A stretch of DNA of 61,307 nucleotides from Thermoplasmata archaeon (GTDB lineage Archaea; Thermoplasmatota; Thermoplasmata; Thermoplasmatales; GCA-001856825): NCBI GenBank assembly GCA_049966795.1, contig JBMFTY010000004.1, positions 1 through 61,307 of the forward strand, written 5' to 3'. The position numbers and the translations under genes are program-made. Position 1 is the stretch's first letter; every line of letters starts with the position of its first letter. Of the stretch, positions 9,149 through 18,476 are shown in pieces. Below the pieces are notes generated by a model. That model ran no database searches and was not told the origin of the DNA. It was given only the letters and a program-made list of their open reading frames with translations.

Positions 9149-10968
9149 GCGAGGAACGCTTCAACATCCGATACCAAGTCCTCAGAAAGGTAGAGGCTCG
9201 GAAGAACGTCCCTGAATTTTCTGGCCCTTGAATCCAGTATCACTGCTGCACCCCTGTCCTCCGGTCCCCTTATGATCCTCCCTATGGCCTGCCTTACCCT
9301 TGTGGAAGCAACCGCTTCGTAGGCATATTCCCATCCTCTCTTGAACTTCATCTCGTAGAACAGCTCAAGGGCGGATGTCTCGGGGGTTGGGGGAGGATAG
9401 GGAATTCCTGTGAGAACCGCAACTTCTGCAACCCTCCCCGGCAGGTCAATCCCCTCAGACAGGCGGCCGTTTATGACTGCGAAGAGATTCCCTCCCCTTG
9501 AGCGGAAGTCTGAGAGAAGGCGCTGGAACTCCTCGTTCCCCATGCCCTTCCTCTCGAAGTATATCCTCCCCTTCATCTCCATCTCCAGGAAAGAGGAAAG
9601 CTGCTCGTACGATGTGCAGAATATTATCTTATTCCTTCTCACCTTCTCCACGATGTCCCTCACATAGGAGCGCATCCTGTCCCTCGTCTCATCCTTAAGA
9701 GTGAACTTGGATGTCACGTCCTTCACGAAGAAGACCCTGAGGTTCCTTTCCAGGTAGTCCGCTTTCACATTCACCTTGGAAGGCTCCCTAAGGCCGATTT
9801 CATCGACGAACTTGGAAAATGGGGACAGCGTCCCCGACATGAAGTATGATCTGTGAGCATGATTGAAGAAATCCAGCAGTTCGTAGGTCTCTAGGTTCAT
9901 GAGGACCAGGGAGGAGGGTTCTTCCGTGTGAGCTATTATCACGGTGTACCCGTCCTGTTCCTCCATCAGCTTCATCGCCAGAAGGGCCGCGTTGTATATA
10001 TGGCTCCTCGGAAGTTTTCCCTCGTTTTCCCTGTGCTCCCTTATGGAGAGGCCGTAATTTGCAAGGAGGGAAAGGAGGTTCTTTATCTCGTTGGATCTCA
10101 TCTGGAACGCTTCCATGTAGGCTTCGCTGACCTCGTACTGCGTCACTATTCTATCTCCCTCAGACAGCAGGGAATCCAGAGCTTCGTCGAGGGAATCAAG
10201 GATGAACGAGGTGCTGACCTGGTTAAGGGGGAGGTCCCCGAACTGCTCAACCTCCTTCCTGCAGCTTCCGATCAAAGAATGGCTCATCTTCATGGAGAGG
10301 ATGTTCCTCGTGAGGTCAGGGATGTTGTGGGCCTCATCTGCTATTATCACTATCTCCTCCATACTGGAATCCATCCATTCAAGAAACCTGCTCCTCACGA
10401 AGGGGTTGAGAAAGAAGGAGTAGCTTGTCGCGATCACGCTGGCGCTTGCGGCAAGGTTCTTCTGTGCGAAATATGGACAGGTCCTCTCATCTCCAAGGCT
10501 GAGAAAGTCTGTCTGGGACATCACGCTTTTTCTCCATCCATCGGGTCCCTCAGTTCTGTAAGGGCACCCTCCCAGCCCCCTCCTGTTTCTTTCCACAAGC
10601 ACCCTGCAGTAGCTGCTCTGCTCCTCCGGCGTACCGACGGCCATGTCGGGTGCCTCCTTCTTGAAGAGGCACATCTCCCCCCTCCCGAAGAACGTCATCA
10701 CCCTTTCAAGGCCCATGGTCCTGGCCTCCCTGAGGACATTTTCCACCTGCGAATTCGTCCTTGTCAGGAAGACTATCTTTCTGTCCGGGAATCTCTTTGC
10801 CACCGAGAAAAGAACTGCGGCGGTCTTACCAGAGCCTGTGGGACTCTCTATGAGCATGCTTTGCTTCTCGCTCTTGATGATCTCGTCCATTATGTAGCTC
10901 TGCCAGGGGTATGGCTCATAAGGGAACTTTGGGACATTTCTCAAGGAAAGAATCAACCCCCTTCTCAA
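9142..10968 (-). CDS. xpd: XPD/Rad3-type DEAD_2 helicase with 4Fe-4S domain
   Basis: 608 aa. FPYEPYPWQ N-terminus, Walker A SPTGSGKTA and DEAHN box. Four Cys lie between motifs I and II (MCLF...YCRV...GCPY...CPYF). The C-terminus has QAIGRIIRG helicase motif VI. Confidence 0.88.
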   Translation of the reverse strand: MRRGLILSLRNVPKFPYEPYPWQSYIMDEIIKSEKQSMLIESPTGSGKTAAVLFSVAKRFPDRKIVFLTRTNSQVENVLREARTMGLERVMTFFGRGEMCLFKKEAPDMAVGTPEEQSSYCRVLVERNRRGLGGCPYRTEGPDGWRKSVMSQTDFLSLGDERTCPYFAQKNLAASASVIATSYSFFLNPFVRSRFLEWMDSSMEEIVIIADEAHNIPDLTRNILSMKMSHSLIGSCRKEVEQFGDLPLNQVSTSFILDSLDEALDSLLSEGDRIVTQYEVSEAYMEAFQMRSNEIKNLLSLLANYGLSIREHRENEGKLPRSHIYNAALLAMKLMEEQDGYTVIIAHTEEPSSLVLMNLETYELLDFFNHAHRSYFMSGTLSPFSKFVDEIGLREPSKVNVKADYLERNLRVFFVKDVTSKFTLKDETRDRMRSYVRDIVEKVRRNKIIFCTSYEQLSSFLEMEMKGRIYFERKGMGNEEFQRLLSDFRSRGGNLFAVINGRLSEGIDLPGRVAEVAVLTGIPYPPPTPETSALELFYEMKFKRGWEYAYEAVASTRVRQAIGRIIRGPEDRGAAVILDSRARKFRDVLPSLYLSEDLVSDVEAFLAQ

Positions 10969-11848
10969 CGGAGAAACCGAATCTCGCTATTTGTTCAACG
11001 GCATCCTCCCTCTCAACCCTCTCCGTAAAAACGTATGACCTCAGGCTTCTCTCCACATCCTCCTTCGCCACTCCGAGCAAAGATGCGAGTTTCTCGCAAA
11101 TCCTTGGTCGTCCCTCGCACTCTGCCCCGCGCAAAATGCTGCTGAAGTATTCCAGAAGGAAGTCCTGAACCGCCCTGGTGGCTTCGTCCTTGGAATAGAT
11201 GCAGCAGCACACTCCGTCCGGTTTTCCGGCGGTTCCGCCGTTCATGGACAGGAATGGCTCCCAAACGGAGGCGGCATCTATCTCCCCCCTGTTGAACGCT
11301 CTCACTATATCTTCGACGCTTTTGAAGTAGACCCTTTTGTACACGCCAAGACTCATCGACTCCCTGTCCATGCTGGAGAGGGGCGTGGTGCCTATGAGGC
11401 CGGATCCCTTCCTGCGGAGGATTCCTGAACCTCCTTTAGCCACAGCGGCAATTGGCTTCACGTTTTCGTCCACAAGATGGAAGAAATAACCTGAGACAAG
11501 GGGGCTCGCGACTATGTCCTCACTCCCGAGGACGAGGCTCTTCAGCGCTTCGAGGCTGTTGTCGTAAACTCTAATTCTGGAAAGCACCCTTCCCCCTAGG
11601 GAGTCCAGCGCGGATATCACATGAAAGTATTCCGAACTTTTTAGTATTCCAACCCTAAGCGTTCTTTCCTTATTCAGGGATACCACCACTGTTCTCCCCC
11701 CTACCCTCGTCCTCGTGACAAAGCCTTCACTTTCAAGGTCCCCGAGAACCTCTGATACCCGGGACCTCGACGAATGGGTGAGGGATGTGATCTCCCTTTG
11801 CGTCCTACCTCCAGAGAAAAGGATGTCTACAATCTTATCCCTGAGCAT
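10916..11848 (-). CDS. Winged-helix transcriptional regulator fused to a periplasmic-binding-protein-like ligand domain
   Basis: 310 aa. The N-terminus QREITSLTHSSRSRVSEVLGDLESEGFVTR is wHTH (MarR/TrmB-like). The C-terminal ~230 aa resemble an NMT1/SsuA-type substrate-binding fold, a weak call made by eye. Confidence 0.5.
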   Translation of the reverse strand: MLRDKIVDILFSGGRTQREITSLTHSSRSRVSEVLGDLESEGFVTRTRVGGRTVVVSLNKERTLRVGILKSSEYFHVISALDSLGGRVLSRIRVYDNSLEALKSLVLGSEDIVASPLVSGYFFHLVDENVKPIAAVAKGGSGILRRKGSGLIGTTPLSSMDRESMSLGVYKRVYFKSVEDIVRAFNRGEIDAASVWEPFLSMNGGTAGKPDGVCCCIYSKDEATRAVQDFLLEYFSSILRGAECEGRPRICEKLASLLGVAKEDVERSLRSYVFTERVEREDAVEQIARFGFSVEKGVDSFLEKCPKVPL

Positions 11849-11850
11849 CT

Positions 11851-13107
11851 TCAGATTTCGAACTCCTCCCCGTTCTTCGGAAGGATTACCTGGGAGGATG
11901 TGAGATCCTTCGCAAGTTCCTCCCTCTTTTCCCCGTGCATGAGGATAACCTTTTCAGGCCTGCAGCCCTCTATGAACTCAACGAGCTCCCTGTGGCCCGA
12001 GTGGGCCGAAAAATCGAAGAATTTCACGTCCATGTTGACCTTCGTGTTCACTCCTGCAAGATCTATGCTCCCTGTCTCGAGGAGCATCCTTCCGTTCGTA
12101 TCCTCCACCTGGTATCCCGTGAGGAAAAGACCATGCTTCGGCTCGTTAAGCTGCGATATGTAATTCAAAACCGGGCCCCCGTCAAGCATCCCGCTCGTCG
12201 TTATGATAACGTTTCCCTTCAGCGCCCTGTCCCGATCAGATTTGCTTCGAACCATCCTGACCCTCCTGAGCATCTTCCTGTATCTTTGATAATTCCTTAT
12301 ATACTTGGGGAAGCTCAGGAGAACGTTGGAAACTGTCCTCGCCATGCCGTCAAGCCATATCTCGTAATCCGTGTTCTCCAGGACCATGAGAAGCTCCTGC
12401 GCCCTTCCTGTGGCGAAAGCGGGAACCACCGCGACCCCCCCTCCCTCAACAACTTTCTGTATTGAGGAGAGGAAGTTCTCCTCCACGCTCTGCCTGGGGG
12501 GATGCTCCTTGCCGGCATAAGTGCTCTCCACGATCAGAACGTCAGTGTCCATGGGCTTTATCCCGAAGAGGAGATGGGTATCTATGCTCTGCACATCCCC
12601 CGTGAACATTATCTTCCTGTTTTCCTCTAGCAAATACATCGTGCTGCCTATGAGGTGGCCGGTGGAATGCGCGGAAATTGAGAGATCCTTGAACTCAATC
12701 GTTTCTCCGTAGTTTATCGCGGTGAAAGATTCGATGATGCTGTCCACATCGCTCTCCTCATAGGGAAGCTTGTTGCCCTCTATGTTCGCGATCTTCACAG
12801 CATCATAAAGAAGAATTGGGATAACGGAAAGGGTGGGAGGTGTCGCGTATATGTTCGCGCCCCCTACCTTGTTGATCCATGGCAGCATGCCAACGTGGTC
12901 CAGGTGGGAATGTGTCACAAAAACAGCATCAACGCTCGGCGAAAGCATAGGAAATGAAGGAGGCTTCGTGGGGTTCATGCCATAGTCGAAAAGCAGCTGA
13001 TACCTTCCCGTGGAAAGCAGCATTCCCAGCCTACCTACCTCATCCCCTCCACCTAGGAATTTAGCCTTCAAAGACCCGCCTCCCTTAGAGAGAGGCCGCA
13101 GCTGCAT
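11851..13107 (-). CDS. Beta-CASP metallo-beta-lactamase ribonuclease (aCPSF2-like)
   Basis: About 406-418 aa with FLGGGDEVGR, the HSHLDHVG motif, the beta-CASP region and a terminal H motif (MHGE). The likely start is TTG at 13071, overlapping the mtnP stop as TTGA. Confidence 0.8.
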   Translation of the reverse strand: MQLRPLSKGGGSLKAKFLGGGDEVGRLGMLLSTGRYQLLFDYGMNPTKPPSFPMLSPSVDAVFVTHSHLDHVGMLPWINKVGGANIYATPPTLSVIPILLYDAVKIANIEGNKLPYEESDVDSIIESFTAINYGETIEFKDLSISAHSTGHLIGSTMYLLEENRKIMFTGDVQSIDTHLLFGIKPMDTDVLIVESTYAGKEHPPRQSVEENFLSSIQKVVEGGGVAVVPAFATGRAQELLMVLENTDYEIWLDGMARTVSNVLLSFPKYIRNYQRYRKMLRRVRMVRSKSDRDRALKGNVIITTSGMLDGGPVLNYISQLNEPKHGLFLTGYQVEDTNGRMLLETGSIDLAGVNTKVNMDVKFFDFSAHSGHRELVEFIEGCRPEKVILMHGEKREELAKDLTSSQVILPKNGEEFEI

Positions 13108-13841
13108 CCCCTTGTCTCGGGAATGGATGCAACCCCCTTCCTTATGATCTTCATGACCTTCTCCTCGTTCTCCTTCATCACACGCATCACTTCCTTCGAA
13201 TTCACAGGAATCTCAGCCCAGACGTCATAGTCCGTGACAGTGGCCAGGGTAAGGTAGCACATCTCCCTCTCCCTGGCAAGATTTATCTCAGGAACCAGGG
13301 TCATTCCGATTACATCCCCAACGGTTCTGAAGAATCTGCTCTCAGACCGGGTGGAAAACCTCGGCCCCTCGATGCACACGTATGTCCCTCCCTTCTTGGA
13401 TTTCATCCTCAACTCAATCAGCGCTTTGTGGAACGTTTCCGTGAGCTCAGGGCAGAACGGATCCGCCAGGGATATGTGAACAACCTTCGGGCCGTCAAAA
13501 AACGTGTAAGTCCTACCCTTGGTGTAGTCGAAGAACTGGTCCGGTATCACTATCGTCCCAGGTTCTATGTCCTTCTGGAGGGAGCCTACCGCTGATATCG
13601 CCACGATCCTCTCCACGCCAAGCTCCTTGAGGGCATGGATGTTGGCCCTGTAGTTTATCCTGTGCGGTGGAATTGAATGATCCTTGCCGTGCCTGTAGAG
13701 CACGGCAACCTCCCTCCCCTCTATCTTTCCTATCTCTATCGGGGAAGACGTTTCCCCGTATGGGGTGGTCACGTTCACATTCTCAGCCTCTTCAAGAAGC
13801 CTTCCTGTGACTGAACCACCTATTAGTCCTATTTTAACCAT
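13068..13841 (-). CDS. mtnP: S-methyl-5'-thioadenosine phosphorylase
   Basis: 257 aa. IGLIGGS, YRHGKDHSIPPHRINYRANIHALKELGVERI and IGMTLVPE are MTAP/PNP-family signatures. Confidence 0.9.
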   Translation of the reverse strand: MVKIGLIGGSVTGRLLEEAENVNVTTPYGETSSPIEIGKIEGREVAVLYRHGKDHSIPPHRINYRANIHALKELGVERIVAISAVGSLQKDIEPGTIVIPDQFFDYTKGRTYTFFDGPKVVHISLADPFCPELTETFHKALIELRMKSKKGGTYVCIEGPRFSTRSESRFFRTVGDVIGMTLVPEINLAREREMCYLTLATVTDYDVWAEIPVNSKEVMRVMKENEEKVMKIIRKGVASIPETRGCSCGLSLREAGL

Positions 13842-14060
13842 TGGCTCAGTATGCTGTTTCCCCTAAAAATGTATTGGATAGCATGATTGCATAGGGTTCA
13901 ATGCTTTTGGGACCTGCGTAGCAGCGGCATTCTGTCGATTGCAAGATGTGCAGAAACCTTTTCAAATTGGATAGGAGCTTGGATCACAGAAAGGAGACGC
14001 GTGAACAAAACGTGAAGGGAGGTAGAGGGCGGGAGACCAACCGATTACCCCTCTGCAACC

Positions 14061-15362
14061 TCATCGCATCATTCTGAATCTGAGAAGGTAAAAAATGTAT
14101 ATCGCCAGAGTTCCGAATATTATCAGCAAGGATACAACAGGAGGTGAAGTCAGAAGTAGTAATATCCCCAATATTGCGAACGCAACTGAAAGTATTATGA
14201 AAATTACCCCTCCGTGCTTTATGTAAAAAGGTATCTCGCTGTGGTCCATGTGCCTGTTGTGCCAGAAGGCGCTGTAACTTATGAGGGAGTACATAAAGGA
14301 GTCAAAGCCCGCAGCCACGAGTATAGGGATGGAATAATTTTTCGTACTGAATACATAGAATACCACCCCCAAGACCACCAGGTAGAGGAATATTAGAGAA
14401 ACATAAGGGGAATGGAAGCGCGTGTGAACATTTCCGAATATCCTGGGAAATGTCCCCTCCCTCCCGAGCGCGTAAATCAATCTTGAGGCCCCCAGAATGC
14501 CTGCATTAAATGCCCCGAAGCTCATTACTATGCTCACTATCGCTATAAAAAGAGTTATGGGTGTGCCGCGAAGGACATAGTTCCCAAGGATTATTTGAGG
14601 TATGTATGTTGTGCTAAGAACGGCCGAAGGCACGTGGTCAAATATGGCCAGACTGCCGAGCACGAAAGTTAGGGCAACAAGAGCCAGGGCAACAGGCATG
14701 GCCCGGGGAATGCCTCTTTTGTAATCTATCGCCTCTTCCCCGAGGGTTGTAACACGGCCGAACCCCAGGTAGAAGTATACTGCAATCGTAGCGGCGGTCA
14801 TGGATTGAACTACGTTGAAACCTGTGGGAACATTCACGTAGACTGGCCTAACAAATATCAGCGAGTAGGAAAATATCCCTACTAGCGATATGATAACGAA
14901 GAATGTTATAAGGAGCTGGAAATTCCCTGAGATTTCAACACCCAGGATGTTTATTACGAGAATCACAGTCAGGACTACCATGGCCCAGTACATCGCGGGC
15001 AGCGCCCCGAAAAGGAAATGCAGGACGTTTCCGACCATAAAACTTTCCACGCCGGCCGCACCAAGTATTATGAAGACCCACATCAGCGATAAACTCAACG
15101 CAGCGTTGTTTCCGAGAGGCTTTCTCAGGAATACCCTGTTCCCCGCGGCAGAGGGATAAATGCTCACAAGTTCCCCGTACGAGAACGACACAAGAATGAC
15201 CAGCAGAGTGGCCAGCAACACTCCGACTATGAGGTTTAGGGCGGTGCCTGCAGTGAGGCAGACAAGTATGATGCTCAGAAATACCGATGAGGCCAGAGGG
15301 GTACCCGCAGTTATAGCTATCAGCCTTGTGAATTTCAGCCTCCTCGCCAAACCTATTTCCAT
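14061..15362 (-). CDS. APC-family amino acid/polyamine permease
   Basis: 433 aa with about 12 TM helices. The YGELVSIYPSAAG motif is typical of APC permeases. Overlaps the upstream SCP2-like gene by 10 nt. Confidence 0.8.
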   Translation of the reverse strand: MEIGLARRLKFTRLIAITAGTPLASSVFLSIILVCLTAGTALNLIVGVLLATLLVILVSFSYGELVSIYPSAAGNRVFLRKPLGNNAALSLSLMWVFIILGAAGVESFMVGNVLHFLFGALPAMYWAMVVLTVILVINILGVEISGNFQLLITFFVIISLVGIFSYSLIFVRPVYVNVPTGFNVVQSMTAATIAVYFYLGFGRVTTLGEEAIDYKRGIPRAMPVALALVALTFVLGSLAIFDHVPSAVLSTTYIPQIILGNYVLRGTPITLFIAIVSIVMSFGAFNAGILGASRLIYALGREGTFPRIFGNVHTRFHSPYVSLIFLYLVVLGVVFYVFSTKNYSIPILVAAGFDSFMYSLISYSAFWHNRHMDHSEIPFYIKHGGVIFIILSVAFAILGILLLLTSPPVVSLLIIFGTLAIYIFYLLRFRMMR

Positions 15363-15718
15363 AGCAGCCTCGCCACTGCGTCAAGTACTATCTGGTCCTT
15401 TTCGGACCCGTATGTTTCCACCACGCCATCTAGGTATAGATGGGCAATATTCTCCTTTCCCTGGAACATATTCTTCAGGGTATTCCTATCTGCAATGACT
15501 TTCACCCTCCCATCATCCTGGTTGAAGCTGATTCCGGTAAATTGTGCATTACCTTCCCTAACCTGAACGAGCAGACCATAGCCAAGGTCGCGACCCCAGA
15601 AGAGTATGTCTGTGCTCCACTTCCTGATGAGCTTCTGAACCTGTTCGTTGCCGTTGACTTTGGAAATGAACTCGTTCAAAATCGAGAAAAGTTCGTCCCT
15701 GTCTCCATCCCCCTGCAT
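15353..15718 (-). CDS. SCP2-like small protein, paralog 3
   Basis: 121 aa. Size and pattern (amphipathic N-terminal helix, beta core, C-terminal GxxxxxGSEKDQIVLDAVARLL helix) resemble SCP2/sterol-carrier folds. Third of three tandem genes. Confidence 0.5.
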   Translation of the reverse strand: MQGDGDRDELFSILNEFISKVNGNEQVQKLIRKWSTDILFWGRDLGYGLLVQVREGNAQFTGISFNQDDGRVKVIADRNTLKNMFQGKENIAHLYLDGVVETYGSEKDQIVLDAVARLLWK

Positions 15719-15719
15719 A

Positions 15720-16139
15720 TTACCGCTCTACCTCCCTGGCTGACTTGACCAGTTCTCTGGCCGCTTCCAAGTACTTCATCAGCTTTGCCATATTTCCTGT
15801 GACCTTCAGGGAGCCCTTAAGTATCGCCGTCACTATGTCCATCTTCCCCATTAGAACATTCTCCCAGGTGGAGGCGTCTCCTTCTATCACGTAATTAAAA
15901 TAACCGCCCGGTAATTTGTCTAGAAGCTTAATTCCCCTGCATTCCCCGTGATAGAGGGAAAGCTGAGCAATTCTGTTTATTCCCGGTCTCAGATTTCCCG
16001 ATTCCGCATCGCCCCTGATATATAGAATTAAATCACCTTCCCAATCGCTTGCCGCTCTCCGGTATGCAGGGTTCAGGTTGATGTTTCTGGCAAACACTTC
16101 AAACCATTCATCCGAGAACAGCCTTGATTTTCCGCTCAT
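15720..16139 (-). CDS. SCP2-like small protein, paralog 2
   Basis: Start taken at MSGKSRLFSDEWFE (ATGA overlap with the paralog 1 stop at 16136..16139). ILKGSLKVTGNMAKLMKYLEA matches the SCP2 C-terminal G-x-L-K-x-x-G-N motif. Confidence 0.6.
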   Translation of the reverse strand: MSGKSRLFSDEWFEVFARNINLNPAYRRAASDWEGDLILYIRGDAESGNLRPGINRIAQLSLYHGECRGIKLLDKLPGGYFNYVIEGDASTWENVLMGKMDIVTAILKGSLKVTGNMAKLMKYLEAARELVKSAREVER

Positions 16140-16591
16140 AGATACCCGTTCTCGTGCAACCATTTTTGATACTGTATTCTCGAGGGTACGACAACGTTCT
16201 TAGTCATTTCCCTTAGCAAGGTCTCCATCCTCTCCGAGGGCGCTTGGATTTTGCTGAGCTTCTTCATCGGCCCCTTGAAAACGATCGCATCCTGGATCAC
16301 TAAGGAGACGAAACTCTCCTCGCCGAGGCTTATTTTGACCATGCTGTCATAGTCCTCCACATAGTAAACCAACTCAGCCCTCTGAAGGTACTGGTCTATT
16401 TCCCTCCTGGGTATGAGTTTCAACTCGCTTATTTCCCCGTCAGCCGTATTCTGCCATATGCCCACCCGCAGGTCCTTTATGTATATCAATTCAGTAGCAG
16501 TATAGGCATCTTTGCCCAATGACCTGAATCTTTCGTCCTTATTCAGTCTCTCCTTCAGTTCATCAAAGAACTGCTGGGACCCGTATGTCAA
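16136..16591 (-). CDS. SCP2-like small protein, paralog 1
   Basis: 151 aa. N-terminal FFDELKERLNKDERF and IVFKGPMKKLSKIQ resemble the SCP2 domain pattern. Lies 5 nt downstream of the saccharopine-DH-like gene. Confidence 0.5.
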   Translation of the reverse strand: MTYGSQQFFDELKERLNKDERFRSLGKDAYTATELIYIKDLRVGIWQNTADGEISELKLIPRREIDQYLQRAELVYYVEDYDSMVKISLGEESFVSLVIQDAIVFKGPMKKLSKIQAPSERMETLLREMTKNVVVPSRIQYQKWLHENGYL

Positions 16592-16596
16592 CAGTT

Positions 16597-17754
16597 CTAA
16601 GTCACCCCTTTAAGATCCTCCACCTGTTTCACCGTTCTCCTGACCCTGATATTCCTCCTCGAGAGCTCCGCGAAAAAGTAGCCCGGCTCAATAATCCCTT
16701 CAGGGGCGTAGAGGCCTGGATTTATTCCCCTATTGCGGGCAAGGTATTGTGCTCCTATGCTAGCAGACCATCCCGTTAACTTGTACATCCTGTCTGCCCC
16801 GCTGTATTCAATGATAGTTCCTATTCCATTCTTCTCTCCGATCACCTCTACCCAGAAACCTGAGACCTCCACTCCTCCGGATCTGAATTGATCCATGGTC
16901 TGATGTACGAAGGATGCCAGGAAGTCCCTTGCGGAGATCCAGGTCTCACCTACCCTCACCTTTTTATCTTCCGTTAGGCCGATGTCCGCAAGTTCTCCGA
17001 CCAGGTGATTGTGCCAATCAGGTAGAAGCGCACCCCTGAGCGTGACATTTTTCAGTCCCGGGAGGTAGCGAGGAATGGTGATGGGCTCAGGATGCCCAAC
17101 GAAGTAAGTCTCTATTCTCCCAATTGGATCAGGAAATTCGACCTCCCTCCGAAACTGTCTAGCCGGCACATAATCTAGGTTACCGTCAAGAAACATTGGA
17201 ATTTCCCCGGTCACGGCGTGAAACACGTGGGATATGACTGCCAGTCCTGCGGAATCTGCCGCACTCCCACTCCAAGCTATATTGATGTCCGTCACCTTAT
17301 CAAGGGAAATGTAACCGGCCCTTGCACAGACATTTGTTATGCCGGGAGTCCACCCCATGCCGATAAGAACCCTCGATTTCCAACCACCGTATTTTTCATA
17401 AGACTTGACGGTGTTCAAGGTTGCATCGTAATCATCGCATATATCCACGTAGTCAGTACCACCTTCAATTGCAGCATCAATGACAATCCTCTCATATTTA
17501 TAGAAAGGTCCGATCGTATTGATGACGATGTCGCAGTCAGAGATAGCGCGGCTAAGTTCAAGCTTGTTGTTTACATCTAACTGGCGAGATGAAACTGTTG
17601 TACCGCTGGAACCCTTTAATTCCGTCTCCAGCTTCCTCGCAGCTTCGAGGTTGTAGTCGCCTATCTCCACCTCCTCTACTCCGCTGGAGGCAAGGTCGCG
17701 GACAACAGAAGAACCCATGTCGCCACCTCCTCCTAGAACAAGGTATTTGACCAT
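16597..17754 (-). CDS. Saccharopine dehydrogenase-family NAD(P)-binding enzyme
   Basis: MVKYLVLGGGGDMGSSVVRDL Rossmann N-terminus. Length (~385 aa) and the GMGWTPGITN motif fit PF03435-type saccharopine/carboxynorspermidine dehydrogenases. The ORF opens at TTG 17763 and ATG at 17754 is preferred. Confidence 0.8.
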   Translation of the reverse strand: MVKYLVLGGGGDMGSSVVRDLASSGVEEVEIGDYNLEAARKLETELKGSSGTTVSSRQLDVNNKLELSRAISDCDIVINTIGPFYKYERIVIDAAIEGGTDYVDICDDYDATLNTVKSYEKYGGWKSRVLIGMGWTPGITNVCARAGYISLDKVTDINIAWSGSAADSAGLAVISHVFHAVTGEIPMFLDGNLDYVPARQFRREVEFPDPIGRIETYFVGHPEPITIPRYLPGLKNVTLRGALLPDWHNHLVGELADIGLTEDKKVRVGETWISARDFLASFVHQTMDQFRSGGVEVSGFWVEVIGEKNGIGTIIEYSGADRMYKLTGWSASIGAQYLARNRGINPGLYAPEGIIEPGYFFAELSRRNIRVRRTVKQVEDLKGVT

Positions 17755-17770
17755 ACAAATCAATAATATG

Positions 17771-17790
17771 TATAAAACATTATAAATATT
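17771..17790 (-). promoter_or_regulatory. AT-rich TATA-like promoter region for the saccharopine-DH/SCP2/permease operon
   Basis: tataaaacattataaatatt lies 17-36 nt upstream of ATG 17754. This fits archaeal TATA spacing for a leaderless or short-leader transcript. Confidence 0.4.
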
Positions 17791-18076
17791 TTTCTGGAAA
17801 ATATGGGGTTTCCATGACTATTAAGACATCCCCTCCCCCTGGATAAAGAATCCCCTTTCCTGAGGAGTCCTCTTCCCTTTTGAAAGCGTACCTTTTTTCA
17901 ATGTCCTCTGGAGCAAAATCCCCGTTTCTAGGATTGCAAAAATGAGGGCCTATCGCATTCTCATGCGTGGGGTCGCATCTCGCAAGACCGAAGGTACGTG
18001 AAAAGGAAATGCGATTTCCCGGTTCAACGCAGAATCGACTCGGTCATCGTTAAATAGGTGGTAGGAATGTGGGCAT

Positions 18077-18313
18077 ATGGATGGCAAACTACGCCCCCTT
18101 AACATACTTGGGAACAGCCTGAACCAGTATGTCCTGGTTCGGGTTAAGTGGAACAGGGAGTACAGGGGCATATTGGACGGGTATGACCAGCACCTGAACC
18201 TGGTCATAAAGAATGCGGAGGAGGTAGTGGATAACAAGAGCACTGGTACGTTTCCCATCATGATAGTCAGAGGGGACGTGGTAGTTTACATCTCACCTTC
18301 GGAGGCGATATGA
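18077..18313 (+). CDS. Sm-like archaeal protein (LSm/SmAP1)
   Basis: 78 aa. LVRVKWNREYRGILDGYDQHLNLVIKNAEE (Sm1 motif) and IVRGDVVVYIS (Sm2 motif). TATA-like gttaaatagg sits ~23 nt upstream. Confidence 0.9.
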   Translation: MDGKLRPLNILGNSLNQYVLVRVKWNREYRGILDGYDQHLNLVIKNAEEVVDNKSTGTFPIMIVRGDVVVYISPSEAI

Positions 18314-18314
18314 C

Positions 18315-18476
18315 ATGAGGGGAACACCCTCCATGGGAAAAAGGGGAAGGATAAAAGTTCACATAAAGTGCAGGAGATGTGGTCATCACTCCTACAACGT
18401 CACGCACAAAAGGTGCTCTCACTGTGGATATCCGGACCCCAGGATCAGAAGTTACAGCTGGGCGAAGTCTAGGTGA
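18315..18476 (+). CDS. rpl37e: Ribosomal protein L37e (absent from the supplied ORF track, 53 codons)
   Basis: My translation from ATG 18315 is MRGTPSMGKRGRIKVHIKCRRCGHHSYNVTHKRCSHCGYPDPRIRSYSWAKSR-stop. It has the GTPSxGKR N-terminus and the CxxC...CxxC zinc ribbon typical of L37e. It starts 1 nt after the Sm stop. Confidence 0.9.
   Translation: MRGTPSMGKRGRIKVHIKCRRCGHHSYNVTHKRCSHCGYPDPRIRSYSWAKSR

Noticed and set aside
9928-11028. 366-aa plus-strand ORF, the longest unexplained ORF in the track
   Set aside because: It is entirely antisense to the well-supported XPD helicase and regulator genes. Its translation is Pro/Arg/His/Leu-rich low-complexity sequence with no motifs. This is typical of a shadow ORF opposite a gene with GC-biased third positions.
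11935-12465. 176-aa plus-strand ORF
   Set aside because: It is antisense to the beta-CASP RNase gene, its composition is Arg/Pro/His-rich, and it has no recognisable domain.
18014-18045. tRNA-like GGTTCAA T-loop sequence
   Set aside because: No flanking 5-bp T-stem, acceptor stem or anticodon arm can be drawn on either strand. Other TTCGAA/TTCAAAT hits in the window lie inside coding sequences without tRNA structure.
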